A stretch of 64,000 bases of DNA from Camelus ferus. Taxonomy: Eukaryota. The position numbers were made by a program, and so were the translations under genes. The notes below the pieces were generated by a model. It was not told where the DNA came from, did not search any database, and was given only the letters and a program-made list of their open reading frames with translations. The stretch covers positions 117,554,001-117,618,000 of the forward strand of contig NC_045697.1 of NCBI RefSeq assembly GCF_009834535.1, written 5' to 3'. Each line of letters opens with the position of its first letter. Positions within the stretch are counted from its first letter, which is position 1. Of this stretch, positions 13,222 through 26,376 are shown one piece after another.

Positions 13222-14939
13222 TACACCATTTTCTGTGTGGATGCCTGGTTTTGTCCATTTGAGAAATAAATTGGGCATAATATAAACTTTTAGGAAACTG
13301 ACCATCTTTCTGATGCCATGTGTTTTTGAGTAGCTATTTTTTCCTACCAAAGATCACATTTTGGTCAAGGCAATGAAGACAGATCAAAAATGCAGCAAAT
13401 TAAATTCCACCTTTCTCTCCACGCTGGCATCCAGAGTAGAGGCAATTCACGCAGCCAGTGACCTGGCTCCAAGGGGAAACTTCATCCTTACAGCCAGCAA
13501 GGGACCCTGCCTCAACCTTGGAGCTGAAGAGAGACACGGGGACACCCAGGCCAGGCCGACTGCCCCTGACCTCCTGTGTCTCACGATGGAAGCTAAAGAC
13601 AGCAGGGGCAACATTCAGAAAACAGTCTGCACCGAATAAGGGACAAAGTTTGAAGGTCCTGATTTTGATTTAATGACAGCATCACTGGCCTCATTTACAC
13701 AAACGAATTCACAACACAATGACCACAAGTCCCTGTCGGGGTAAGAACTGAGCCTAAGACATTTCTTGGGCCATTTCTATTCATACTGAACAGGTGACAC
13801 CCCCTATCCCCAACCCCCCCCCCCAAAAAAAAGACAGGAAGCCTTCTATGATCCCAAAACGGTTCTGCGAGTGTGGAAACAGAGCTTGCACCCTCCTAGG
13901 GAATAGCTTGTCAGACATTTGCTCTCGTGATGCTAAGAAGGTAGAGGGCTAAGATCTCCTTGCCTTGTTTTGTTTACTTCCGCTCTGAGGTACGTGTGTA
14001 TCTTAAAGATGCGCAAACGAAAACGCGCTGCTGAGCAGGGCTTCCGAGGACGTGAGCTTTGCCTCCCGCAAGCCCTCATTTGCCAGCTCCCTGCTCACCT
14101 TCCAGGCTGCGTCCCGCCTTTCTGCCTGATAGTGACCACAGGTCTGTGCTCCTCAGGCTTCCCTGGGCCCCTTGAAGAAGACCCCCAAGAGGACGTGACC
14201 ATCGGCTGGGCCTCCGTCCTTGGATGGTACCTTCCGCCCGGAAGCCCTTCAAGGATGCAGCCTTCAGAGAGTGATGCGGAGCTGAGGCCATCTGGACGGT
14301 ACACGTGGCTGAGCCCCGCAAAGACCTCTTTTTTTCTTTGTCTTTGTTTCTATTTTCTTAGGTTTATCTTTAAGTAGCCATCCAGAAAAAAAAAAAAAAA
14401 TCTCTTTTCTTTGGTTTACATCTATGAGTTCTGACAACTACATAGAGTCCTGTGACCACCGCCTCCAAAGACAGAGCCCAGCCCCGCACCCCGTGGAGTC
14501 GGCGCGCGTGCCCATGCCTGCCCCTCCTCTCGCCCTAGCAACCCTACCCTCCTTATAAACTTTTCAGATTCTGCCGCTGCAGGGGCGATGAATGACTGCT
14601 TCTTTGCCACTTCAAAGGCGCTTAATGCCCTTCAGTGCTTTAGAGTTTTCTCATTTAGGGGACATTTATTAAAGAAAGAAAAATTAAAGAAGATGCTTTG
14701 TCCTTCAGCCGTGCTGCCGTGAAGTTGAATTTACAGGAATAAGCATTTTCCTTTCCTTTCAACTTCTTCAGCAGAGTAAGAGATGTCACTTTCTTACCCT
14801 TTCAACTCTAAGGCGCTTTATCAGCTTAGGTAATCAGGGACATTTCAAAGCCAGATGAAACCCTTTCGGTTCCGGCAGAGGGCGAAGGTAGAAAAAGAGC
14901 TATTGGAGTCGCCCAAAGCTGCCTCCAATCAAACAAATG

Positions 14940-15455
14940 CAGTCAGTTCTCAATATCCGCGAATTCTGTGTTTGCAAACTCGCCCACTCGCTGAAATGTA
15001 TTTGTAAATACTAGCCGATACTCGCAGTGCCTCTGCGACGTCCACGGACGTACAGAGAGGTCGCCAATACACTTGTTACTCAAGGAGGTGACAGCGCCCG
15101 CGTGCTCTCCTACTGGAAATAAGCATCCCTTCCCCAGTGCACTTAGTGGCGAGGTGGGTTTTTGTTTGTTTGTGTTTGCATCTTTGTGCTTTCCGTTTGT
15201 GATTTTGCTGTTCCAGATGGCTCCCATGCGTGGCGCTGAAGTCTTGTGTTCCCTAGTGTGAGAGCAACACTACACGTTAAAAAGGCGTCTGAACCAAAAA
15301 CACACGTCAAACAAAGTCATGGGTTGATCAGTTGAGGAAAATGGTGTGCCCGGAGGCTCATACACACCCCAGGAGCAACTGTCAGTGTCGGCTAATTCAG
15401 CGATCTCAGCGTCAACTTTAAAGAACACAACTGCGTGACTTGTGACAATCAGCCG
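14940..15455. mobile_element. TcMar-Tigger MITE (MER82-like)
   Basis: Starts CAGTCAGTTCTCAATATCCGCGAATTCTGTGTTTGCAAACTCGCCCACTCGCTGAAA and ends ...GACAATCAGCCG followed by TA; interior matches recalled MER82. Confidence 0.75.
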
Positions 15456-16016
15456 TACTTTTGTGGAAGAAAGTAGTAAATTCTCCTGAAGCGTCATGTG
15501 AGACCAGGAATCTCACCAGTGCCGCTATCATCAGAAAGCGTTCAAATCGCTCTTCCGGAATTTCATCGGAAAAAATATTCTCTAGTGAACTGCACCTTCT
15601 CCCAGCCAGAAATGTACCCTTTCCTCGGATACCTCTTGAGCTGTCCTTTACTTTTTCTAGGCTAGTGATCTCCATTATCAACAAGGAGAGGGACGAGGAA
15701 AAGTTAACGGCAAAAAATAAAACCCCTAATCTCCAGGGCTCTCTTTCTTCTATCGAGTACTTAATATTTTTTCTGCTGGGTACCCTCTTTGATCATTTAG
15801 TGGTGTAGCTGGTAAAACACGGCTGAAGCCTTAACCTGCCTGCTTTTTAGAGTTAAGATTCTTGACATGAAGATTATCGTGATCGTTATATTCAAAATTC
15901 AAAAGCCATTATGTCTAAGATGAACCATCAAAGAGGTAGAAAAATTCCATTATGCTGCCAACAGAAGGACAGACTCTCCCAAAAGAAAGCGATGGCAAAG
16001 ATGAAAGATGTGAATA

Positions 16017-16331
16017 CAGTCGTCCCCCAGTGTCTGGGGGGAAGTGGTTCTAGGACCTCCTCGGATACCAAAATCCGAGGATGCTCAAGTCCTGTATATA
16101 AAATGGTGTAGCATTTACATAAAACCTAAGCACATCCTCCCATACACTTTAAATCATGTCTAGATTACGTATAATACTTAATGCAATGCAAATGCTATGT
16201 AAATCATTGCCCACGCAAGGCAAAGTCAGGTGTCGCTCTTTGGAACTTACTGGAATTTTTTTCCCCAAATATTTTCAACCTGTGGTTGGCTGAATCTGTG
16301 GATGTAGAACATGCAATACAAGGGTCAGTTG
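16017..16331. mobile_element. TcMar-Tigger MITE (MER2-like)
   Basis: TA|CAGTCGTCCCCCAGTGTCTG...GGATACCAAAATCCGAGGATGCTCAAGTCCTGTATATAAAATGGTGTAG is characteristic of MER2. Confidence 0.85.
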
Positions 16332-16779
16332 TGGATGGGTTTTACAGAGCTGCTGCAAAGAGGAAAGAAAAGCAACTTATGAATAAATATAAGATGAAGT
16401 AAGAACAGTAATGTGGAACACACAGACCAAATGTCTAATATTATTTATGTCATCACTCACGTTTTCCTGCTCAGCTGTTCTCCTCATTTACAAATGTGTT
16501 TCTCTTATTCCAGTGATTCTCTATGGCTTTCAAAATTCCACAAAAGCAATGTTTTCCAACAGCCACGCAATGGGTAGGAAGGGAAAGGCAGGTGTTTGGT
16601 CAAGCATTATTACTGTCCAAGACGATCTCAGAATGGGTTAGTGTTCTCTTTAGCTAAACAAGTGCTATGTAATTTACTTTAATTGCCTCAGAGTCGTAAA
16701 ATGATGTTTAAAAGTACAGTTTCATGGAGAAATTTGATGAATGCCCTACTTTCACATGCTTATATTACATTAAATAAAT

Positions 16780-17990
16780 TCTAAATAGGAGCAGGAGTGA
16801 ACTAAACAGCTGTCTAGAAAGAAATAATAAAGAAAATAGAGAAGGAAAAATCCTCTAAATCATAACAGCTAAGAACCCCCCGGGTCTTAAAGGAGAGTCT
16901 GCTTTCAAATTGAATGTTGAGGATGATGGGGAAATAAAAGCCCCTTTAGGCACGTCACTGTGGAAGTTTTAGGAGATTGAAGATAAAGAAATTCCTGAAA
17001 GCTTCCAAAGAAGAAAGAATGAACCCAAAGGAACAAGAGTTAGACTTCTTAACAACACGTGGTAATAGGAGATTGGTAGAATTCCTTTGGAGCTCTGAGA
17101 AAATGTGATTTTTATCCTAGAAATCAATACCCAGCAAGGCTTTGTAGGTCTACATGTAAGTATGTATGATCTACATGTATCTATGTATGTGTGTATATAG
17201 GTATATGTATGTATAGATAAATGTAAATATAGAGAATGAAGTTATGAAGTTTTATTATTGTAAGAAAATTGTTTTAAAATAATTTACTGTAAATGATAAA
17301 GAAAAATGGATTTAGCATATGAAGAAATAAGCTGAGAATTAGAAACGTGTATGGTGGACCACAGAAGACGGTAACATCCCAGGATGTCAGGGGCACAGAG
17401 CAGTCAGTCCAGCTTTGCAGGAGGAACACGGGAGGAAGTGTCTGGAAAACTCGAATTCATGAACCAGATTCACGAGAGTAACAGCCTGCAGATACAATAA
17501 GGCCACATCGGACAAGAAGAAATTCAGGAATCTCCAGGGAAGAAGAAAAGCCCTGAACTGAAAAACAGTCAAATGAGCTACGGATGATTATGTAAAGAAT
17601 ACTCATGAACATTCACCTTTTAGACTAAACTCATATGCAAAGATTACGTACATGAGACCAATTATAAGCACAGAGTAGAATGTAAATGCTCTCAATCGTG
17701 ACTTGATGATATCAACCCATAAGGTAGGCACTCGGAAGAGAATATTTATAATTGTTGAAATGAGAAATATGGCTTGGAGTGTATTAATACAAACTATAAT
17801 GAAAACAGAGAAATGTAAAATGAATCATATGATTACGTTACTGACATAGAGTTAACCACAAGAATGTACAGGAATGGTTAACTGTGGTCAGCTCTAGGAA
17901 GAGAGACTGGGAGTCAGTAAGGGCACTGTTTTCCATTTGTTTCTCTGTGTTATCAGAAGATTCAAACTTGTGCAGATATATCGGAGGGGA
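16780..17990 (+). mobile_element. Ancient L1 ORF1-like / HAL1-like remnant
   Basis: AAATTCCTGAAAGCTTCCAAAGAAG...TTAGACTTCTTAACAAC...TTATCCTAGAAATCAATACCCAGCAAG resembles decayed ORF1 3' sequence. Confidence 0.5.
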
Positions 17991-19056
17991 AAATGCCAAA
18001 AACAAACATCTCTGAAACAATACTTTAAAAAATAATCCTCTACAAAATTTAAAGGGACGGTAATAAACTAAGGCAAAAAAATGGGTTTTGATTGGCAAAG
18101 GGGCCTTATCTCTTGCAGACATCACTAATCTCCGACACACAGTTCTCCTCCTGTGAACACAGGGAATACTGTCTCCATCCTGGAAGCTGGACATGGCCAC
18201 GTGAGCAGCACTAACCGACAGGGAACCTCGGGTGGCTGGTCATTGTCCTGGCCAGAGAAAGTAACTGCTGGATGGGCCACTCCCTGGCCCCATCTCCATC
18301 TGACACAGTGAAACTGAATAAATAACTCATGTGATTCATCGGGAAAAAAATACCAAGATGGCCATGAAAACTGGGTACAAGACTGTAATACACAATGTGT
18401 GAAAAGAGAAACATAACTGTGCAATAAACACGAAAACGGACTTTGTGTAACAAAAGGGATCCTTCAGGGGTGAAATAGACAAGGACGTTTAAAAACAGTA
18501 ACAACGATGCTGAGGTCTGTGAGGTGACACGTTTCACAGATTGTTGACAGGACTGTCAATTGGTGTGGATTTCCTCAGTGTGTATCCGAAATACTTCACT
18601 GAATATCTCATGGCCTTTTATCCAATAATAACACGTCAGTCATCAGAAATAAGGGGAAATCTCTACCCAGAAGATTTTCATTTGCAGCAGTATTTTATAA
18701 TGGATAAAAGGAGGTTCCAAACAAAATCTGCAAAGATAGGAGATAGTTAATTAAGCTAGGGGACAAATATTATGAAGCCATGAAAATTAAGTTTATGAGT
18801 GGCTTTACCGCCATCCAGAAATGTTTCAGTATAACATTATGTACAAAAGAACACTGATAAATCCTAACAAGGGGTTGTTTCTTGGGTAAAATTAGCAATG
18901 AACTTTATTTTCTTCTGTGTCGTTTACCTTATTAGGTTACTTTAATAATTAGGAAAATATTCCAATCAGAGCTTCAGAAAGTTTTTATATTGATTTTGGA
19001 GGAATATTTAAATAAATGTGTCCAATTGAAAACATAATAAATAAAGTGAGTGAAGG

Positions 19057-19230
19057 GCTGCAAATGGCAAAATATCCTTCTTTCTTATGGGTGAGCTGTA
19101 TTCCATTTACACATATCTGCTGCATCTTCTTTATTCATCTCCTAATGTGCACTTAGGATGCTTCCCTATCTTGGCAATTATAAATAACGTTGCTGTTAAT
19201 AGCAGGGTGTATGTATCTTTCTGAATTAAT
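19057..19230 (-). mobile_element. L1 fragment
   Basis: GCTGCAAATGGCAAAATATCCTTCTTTCTTATGG...TATCTTGGCAATTATAAATAACG is antisense L1 ORF2-end sequence. Confidence 0.7.
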
Positions 19231-21236
19231 TCTTATTTTGTGGTTGGCTTTATTCCTTTGATAATTATGTAAGTTTAAAAAGCTAAAGCTCTAAACGTTC
19301 TTAGAAACAATGAAAAGTACATATATGTAAATTTAAAAATATGTGCAGTATATTGTGTATATGTATTTACAGGCAATATATTGTACATGTGCAGTCAGAT
19401 TGTAACAATTCTACCTGATAAAACTGAAAACTGAAAAAAACATAATACATAAATAAACGTGTCATGTATGAGATTCACCTGAGAAACATTATGATGTACA
19501 GGTGCCTTGAAAAAACTTAGAAATAAATAAAAATGAACAGAAAAAAGAGAGAAATTCAATTAAAGACTGTTTTTGAATCTGAATTTGCCAAAGAAAATTA
19601 AAAGCAAATGGCAAACTAATTCAAACTCTGAGGTCTGAAATCAAAACAAAAAAATGATTATGACCTTTATAATTAGATAGAAGTCAAAGGATGGCAACAG
19701 GAAAACAGAAGGCATCCCTTGAGAGAGAGCAAGGTCTGTGCTCCGGGTAGACTCTCTGAAAAATCTGTGTGCGCAGAGCCCAGCCGTCCCGCTCCACCGT
19801 GAGGCCAGAGCTGCATCACGTATACCTGTTAGTGGTACCTCAGCTTCTCTGGGGCACGGGCATCAGTGGCTTTTTCTTCCTTTCCTCCGCCTTTAGGAGT
19901 GGAGTTAGAAGTGAGACTAAGCCAATATTTGCAAAATATTTAATTCGTTTAAAGTACTGGCATAAAAAATTCATCCTGCAATTCTATGGATATGGATTTT
20001 TGATTTTCACCCAGGTAAAATTTTTCTTTTCCCCAAAAGATATTAAAGTGTAAAGAGATGACCAGAGTCTTAAAGAAACTGAATGAAATCCATTTTATAA
20101 AACTGTTATCTTGCAAGTGAAAAATCTTTCCATTTTAATGATCGTGGAAAGGCCATGTGTTAGAAACTGCACTTTAAGGTCACATTAAGTTCAGGGTTTC
20201 ACAAAATGTAGTTATTAAAGATTTATAAATTCCTTGATGTTGGGCCAAAAATACACAGTGCCTGTTATATACCATAAAACAAAGTGGAAGTATTTACTGA
20301 TGAGAGTAACATTTTGGCATTTTATTTAGTACTCCAGTTTAAATCAGATGTATAACTTAAACAGCTTGATATTCGACTTTTTTTAAACTATTTTTTAAAT
20401 TGAGGATAAAACTATACGTTAGTTAATCAAACCACAAGCATCTGAATTCTTTACCTTTGTTTAGTGCGTGTGGACTGCAGTCTCTGGCTGTAACATTCCA
20501 TCTGTGAACATAGGGATTGCTACAGAGTCAAGTTCAAAGTGACGTTCGAAACCAAGTCATAATCATAACCTATGACTTAAACCTTGACATGAGTTATAAA
20601 TATGTAAAACCAGCAGTCCATTTAAGTGATATGAGGCCGTGACGCAAGCCAAAAACATAACAAAATCTTCATTTATCCCTCTGGGCTCAGTGAACAGTCA
20701 GGTCTAACGTCCTCCTTTATTGATCTGAGACCACAGTGGTACAGAAGCAATTTTTTATAGCAACAGCATTTTTGGGAAACAAGTGTCTTGCAGAACTTTG
20801 CATTCCTTTGCCTGTATTGCCTGTAATAGAGTTTTAATCTTGTTTATTTCATTTTCTGTGTAAATTCCCTGTTTGTCTTGAAATCCTTAAGGAACTATTT
20901 ATACAAGAAAAAGATCTTGTGCCATTTCAAATCAAGGAGGAAAAAAAATGTCCATGCTGTGAACTCAGGCTAACCTTGTGAAAGAAAAGAAGAAGAAGAA
21001 GCAGCAGCAGCTATATCCTGACTTTAGTGTTTATCCCCCCAAAATCCAGATGAATCAAAGATTCATTTTGAATCATGAAGCCAAAATAGGATGGGTATTA
21101 AACCAAAGGATGTTTTCTTTCTTTAAACAACCTGGAACAGGAAGTCTTCCTGAGCAAGGCACAAAAATCTTGAAGAAATAAAATATGCAATTTCTGAAGC
21201 TGACTAAAGAAAATTTAAGAATATATGTATTCTTAG

Positions 21237-21665
21237 TAAGAGAAAGACAAATACATCATGCTGTCACTTATATATGGAATCTAAACAAACAAACAAAAAA
21301 TTGAACTCATTAAAAACAGACTAGAATGATGCTTGCCAGGGGCTGGAGAGTGGGGGAAATGGAAAAAGGTTCACAAAAGTGTACAAAAGCTTTCAGTTAC
21401 AAGAGGAATAAGACATGAGATCTAATGTATAACATGATGAATATCGCTAATAATGCTGTATTGTAGAACTGAAATTTAAGAAAATTAATCTTTCCAAAAT
21501 ATATTCTCTCCCCCAAAGAAGTAAATAGGTGAGGCGATAGATGTGTTAAGTAACTCAATTGTAGAAATCCTTTCAGAATGGATACGTAATTCAAATCATT
21601 ACATTGTATACTTTAAATGTATTACAGTTTTATTTGCCAATTATACCTCAATAAAGCTGGAAGAA
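21237..21665 (+). mobile_element. L1 3' UTR (L1MA/MB-type)
   Basis: GAAAGACAAATACATCATGCTGTCACTTATATATGGAATCTAAA...CAATTATACCTCAATAAAGCTGG. Confidence 0.8.
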
Positions 21666-21778
21666 AAGACTATATGTATTCTTAAAAAGTATGAACAGAA
21701 ATCAGGAGTCTAGAAAATCACGAACAGGTTAAAAGAAAAACAAAGTCTGGGTAAAACAGCTACACCACGTGACATGTG

Positions 21779-21854
21779 TGTTACTTTCACACATGTTGTA
21801 TCCATGTTACTTTCACGTATGTTGTATCCATGTTACTTTCATGTATGTTGTATC
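21779..21854. repeat. 26-bp tandem repeat, ~3 copies
   Basis: Unit TGTTACTTTCACGTATGTTGTATCCA starts at 21779, 21805 and 21831. Confidence 0.9.
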
Positions 21855-21908
21855 AGTAAGTAATAGACCCACAACCCAAGAGAAAACTGGGCAAGGCCAG
21901 GTCCGTGA

Positions 21909-21909
21909 G

Positions 21910-21947
<38 letters not shown>
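21909..21947. repeat. (GC)n(CA)n microsatellite
   Basis: Read directly from sequence. Confidence 0.95.
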
Positions 21948-21950
<3 letters not shown>

Positions 21951-23820
21951 AAATGCAGATAACGTGGTGAGAAACACTTGACTTCAGTCGATGCTCATCA
22001 CTGTAAGTTTCAGCAGTGAAACAGCAGTAGCAAAGCCTAAAAAAGGTGAACATCACCCATCGCTAATGCGAGTACGTGAGAACAGGCACACACACACTCT
22101 GGGTAGGAATGTAAATCAATAGATCCGTTTTGAATATTTAGCAACATTTTAACTGCAAACATCTTTGACTCGGTTATTCCACTCATAGAAATCGATTCTG
22201 CAACCCCACTTGCAGACATGATTAAGACAGTCGGGGAAAGATGGAAACAGTCATCACCAAAGGGCTGAATGACAACAGAACAGCAGGCAGTAAAGACAGA
22301 AGCACGGGACACTCTCTGTGCAGATAAAAGAGGTCTCCGAGCCCCTTAAGACACAGAAAGAACACTGAGTGCAGGATGCTAGCATTTCCAGGAACCACTG
22401 CTGGTGATTATCCGAGAAAAGTGGGATTGGAGGAGGAAAGACATAGATAGTATTTATTACATCCCCTTTTACAGTGTTTAAAAATCACCGTATGTGTGAG
22501 TTACTTCTGTCATAATGTTTAAACTTCAAAATATAAACTTTAAGAATCTAAATTCTAATTTTTGCATGTTTTAAGTTTTAAATCACTCACAACACCCAAA
22601 TGCTATTGTGAATATTTCCATTAATTTATATTTTAATATGTGTTAAAACTGAATCAATTTTTTTCAGATAATCAAGATTTTGTCACCTGAAATTTTCAAA
22701 CTGTTAAAATACTCCAAGTTTAGCTTATATAAAATCTGTTTTAACATTACAAGAGAATTAGCAAGGTGTGAATGTCTTCTGGATTATTCAAAATAACTAC
22801 ATGCATCAACATTTTTAGTATTTTATGCAACATATTATTGTAAAACCTGCAACTTGTTTCTTCAGTAACAAGATAAAATAGTATTTATAATAACTAAATT
22901 ATATAGTTGCATGAAATTAATTTATAAAGACTATCCAGCAATTTCAGTAGTCTGTGCTATCTCAAACTGAATTGAAGAGCCTTTGGCAGAGAAACGAAAA
23001 AAAAAAAAGGAAAACTTGCGAAATAAAATATAAATCATCATCTCCAAATCTGATTCAAAAATTAAAATTAAAATTGTTTTTGAAAGATCTATAATTCACA
23101 TCACTGTTAATATCACTAGTTCCTCATTTAGCTGTCCCATTTTTCAACAATATATTCTACATCAGTATGCAAGACAACAATTTTTCAGCTTTTATATTTT
23201 CTTCATAATTTTGGGAACCACCATGTCTGCTCTGAAGACACTTTGATTCAAATCGAGTTCCAAGATACAGGATGATATTTATAAATGCTCTAGAAACAAT
23301 GACTACACTACACATTCTAAAATAATAAGAAAGCATGTCACTGACCCAGATTAACTGCTACTTTTGACCCCCTAAAAAACTTCTGCACTCATAAATAATT
23401 TCCAACACAGAAACTTCTCTTGTTCTTTGTCACCTGAGACATTACCTAAGAGACTGGCTTTAAACAGATGAATCCTAAGAGTCTGAGGAAGGAGGTGAAG
23501 AAAGAAGATCTTGTGATAGTTTTTGATGCACACAGACATCGTAGACAGAAGCATTCTGAAGACAAGCATTTGAGTTTTTCCCATGTTTTCTACTTCAGGC
23601 CCAAATCCAAAGTCACCAATATAACACTATCTTGTAAATAGATGGATTTGCTTTCAAAGAGTCATTGTGACCCAGTTCTCGCCACACTCCATTAAAGAGC
23701 AGCCATGCTGCTGTTCACTGCAATGTGAAGGAGCGTAAGACGAACAAAAGTCATCACAGAATGAGGGAGTGAACTGTTCATAAACTAAGAAAAAATTGAG
23801 CTTATTCACGATACTTCCTT

Positions 23821-23828
23821 ATTTTTTT

Positions 23829-23879
<51 letters not shown>

Positions 23880-24158
23880 AATTGAAATATAGTCAGTTTT
23901 CAATGTTGTGTCAATCCTACTCCTGGCCATACACCCAGAGGGAACCTAAACAAAGATACATGCACCGCAATGTTCACAGCAACACTGCTTACAATACCCA
24001 AGACATGGAGCCAACCTAAATGTCCACTGACAGACGATTAGATAAAATAGATGTGGTATATTTATATAATGGAACACTACTCAGCCATAAAAAAGAATAA
24101 AATAATGCCATTTGCAGCAACATGGATGGACATGGAGATTGTCATTCTAAATGAAGTA
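23821..24158 (-). mobile_element. L1 with 5' inversion and (TA)n/poly-T tail
   Basis: (TA)n and T-run, ~35 nt antisense L1 3' tip, then sense L1 ORF2-end sequence at ~23915-24158. Confidence 0.8.
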
Positions 24159-24206
24159 TTTTGACTCATGATCAGTGATCTCATCTCCCCAAAAAGTGTC
24201 TCTCCA

Positions 24207-24326
24207 GGGGGTAGGGTAGAGCTCAGTGGTAGAGCACATGCTTAGCATGCACGAGGTCCTGGGTTCAATCCCCAGTACCTTCATTAAAATAAATAAATAA
24301 ACCTAATTACCTCCCCCTTAAAAAAT
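24207..24326 (+). mobile_element. tRNA-derived SINE (camelid Vic-1-like)
   Basis: GAGCTCAGTGGTAGAGCACATGCTTAGCATGCACGAGGTCCTGGGTTCAATCCCCAGTACC with A/B boxes and A-rich tail. TSD AAAAGTGTCTCTCCAG (24192-24207) / AAAAGTGTTTCTCCAG (24327-24342). Confidence 0.9.
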
Positions 24327-24984
24327 AAAAGTGTTTCTCCAGTGTCCAAAGGAAGTAATCTCTGGACAAGTAATTATTTGAACATTTTTCAATCTTGAGA
24401 CCTAACAGGCAAGGGACGGGCCAAAAGAGCCTCCCTTATTCGTGCTGAGGAAGGAACTGTCAAGGAAGATGACAGAGGGCCTAGGGACCAGCAATAAGAT
24501 GCAGACAACTGGTCTACAGGGAAGAAGCTGGAGCAGTCACAAGGAACCTGTCCCATGTATAACATCACCCTCTTCACAAGAAACAGCCGCCCTCATAGAT
24601 CCTGATGGTGGGAGGGGTGACCGAACAGTCCAGATGTTCACACCTCATGCTAACCAGAACCTACATTTTGTTAACTTACACGTGATTTTCAGTTCTTACT
24701 GTTTATCTGTTGAATAGAGGGCTTGGGGGATCATTAAAAACTCACCAGTATCCTAAAATGATAACAGAATAAACCCTATTCTCTAGTCTGAGCTCGAATG
24801 GTTGTATGAAAGAACCTTATTCATTTGAAAATGACGTAGAGAACTGTCAGCTCCTCTTAGCCACTGTGTCCTCCTCCACGCAGCTAAAAGTGTAGGTAAT
24901 TAATAGGCACTCAGGGGGATTGGAAACCACTGAAATTAGCAACATTAATCACTATATTATACAAGGCAACAATTCTCATCTAAA

Positions 24985-25350
24985 TCTGACAATTACGTTA
25001 GGAGGCGGGTATGAAAATGACCCCCATTTTACAGAGGAGGAAACAGGATTAGCAAGTTTAACTGACACACACAAAGTCACACAATCCGTGCACGTGGCAG
25101 CCAGAATTCCAAACCAATGTACTGGCTGCATCATACCCACCTGGATGCTGGCGAAAACCTCTGACCCAGGGGGCAGCAGACTGGTTTTCTAGAAGGTCCT
25201 CCACAGGTCTCACAGTAGCTTAGAGCAATTCACCTACATTTCTGTTTTCCCATCTGAGAACGGGTATAATCATCATTCCATTTATCCTATAAGCTTTACA
25301 GAGCTACAGGGAAGACCAAAGAGCTAGGACGCGTTCTGAAAAGATAAAAG
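24985..25350. mobile_element. Two MIR fragments in opposite orientation
   Basis: CCCATTTTACAGAGGAGGAAACAGG (~25023) and TTCTGTTTTCCCATCTGAGAACGGGTATAAT (~25240) MIR cores. Confidence 0.65.
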
Positions 25351-26376
25351 TTATCCATCAATATAAAGCGGGCAGAGATATAGGCTCTCTGAAGGCAAGA
25401 ATTTTCATTTTACTCTCCTCCTTTGCTCCGAGCATGCTGTTCAGTCCCTGGTAAAGGGCTGAGTTATAGGGAAAAGGGAATATTTGGATCAATTATGACA
25501 AATGAACCAAGGCATTTATTTTCTCATTTAAGCCCCTAATAACAGTATCAGACAGCATGAGGAAACAGCCTCATCCTACAAAGAGGAAGAAACCTGCATT
25601 GTATCATACAGTTTTGAATCACATTCAAACCCTTATTTGCCTTTGTGTTCTCTTTGTCTACTTTTCATTTAAATAAATATAATTTAGTTAATCAAGTGAG
25701 GTAAACCACGAGGAATCTATAATGTGCACAGTTGGACAATGTGTGGAGAGATCTTAATTATGTTCACAGGGGATGGAAGAGTTCCACGCTGCTGAACATC
25801 CTGGTGTAAGTGATATGGGATGAAGGAAGAGATGGAGAAACGCTCCAGTTTCAGCATCCCAGCTTTGAAAGACCAGTCTCATAAGGTAGTGCACTACACG
25901 TATCTTTAAGTGGCTTATGTGGTTTACTGGGTTAGTCCCTTCTTGGTCACCAAACAGTCCAGCCCTTGTAGACAAAACAGCAGAAAAAGATTCCAACGAG
26001 AAATGAGAAATGCATTCTTCTTTGTCCTCCTGCCTCCTGTGGCAAATGCTTATCCAAATTATCCCAAGATCCCAGCACAGAAGGTGATAAAAGTCCACTC
26101 GTCTCCAAGCACCTAGATGTACCTAACACAGTGCACAGAGTTTTATGCCTATGCGTCTCTTCAAAACCATCCTATAAGGTGTGACTCCCTTTTACAAAGG
26201 TGGAGCCACGTTAAACAACTTGTCCAGTGTCACACATTAATATTAGGACCAGGATTCCATTCCACGTTCTGACTCATAAGGAATGCTATTCTGTGTCCCA
26301 AGACATCGGGGCTGCAAACTGCAAAGACGCAAACATTTTTTAAACACTCCCATGTTTATCACTAAAATGAAAATTC

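Noticed and set aside
15720..15765. PNLQGSLSSIEY, superficially like GluA2 PDLKGALLSLIEY from exon 3
   Set aside because: Wrong strand, short, and with no flanking similarity; treated as coincidence.
24207..24282. tRNA-Ala-like gene
   Set aside because: It has an A-rich SINE tail, a TSD and a second related copy, so it is a SINE.
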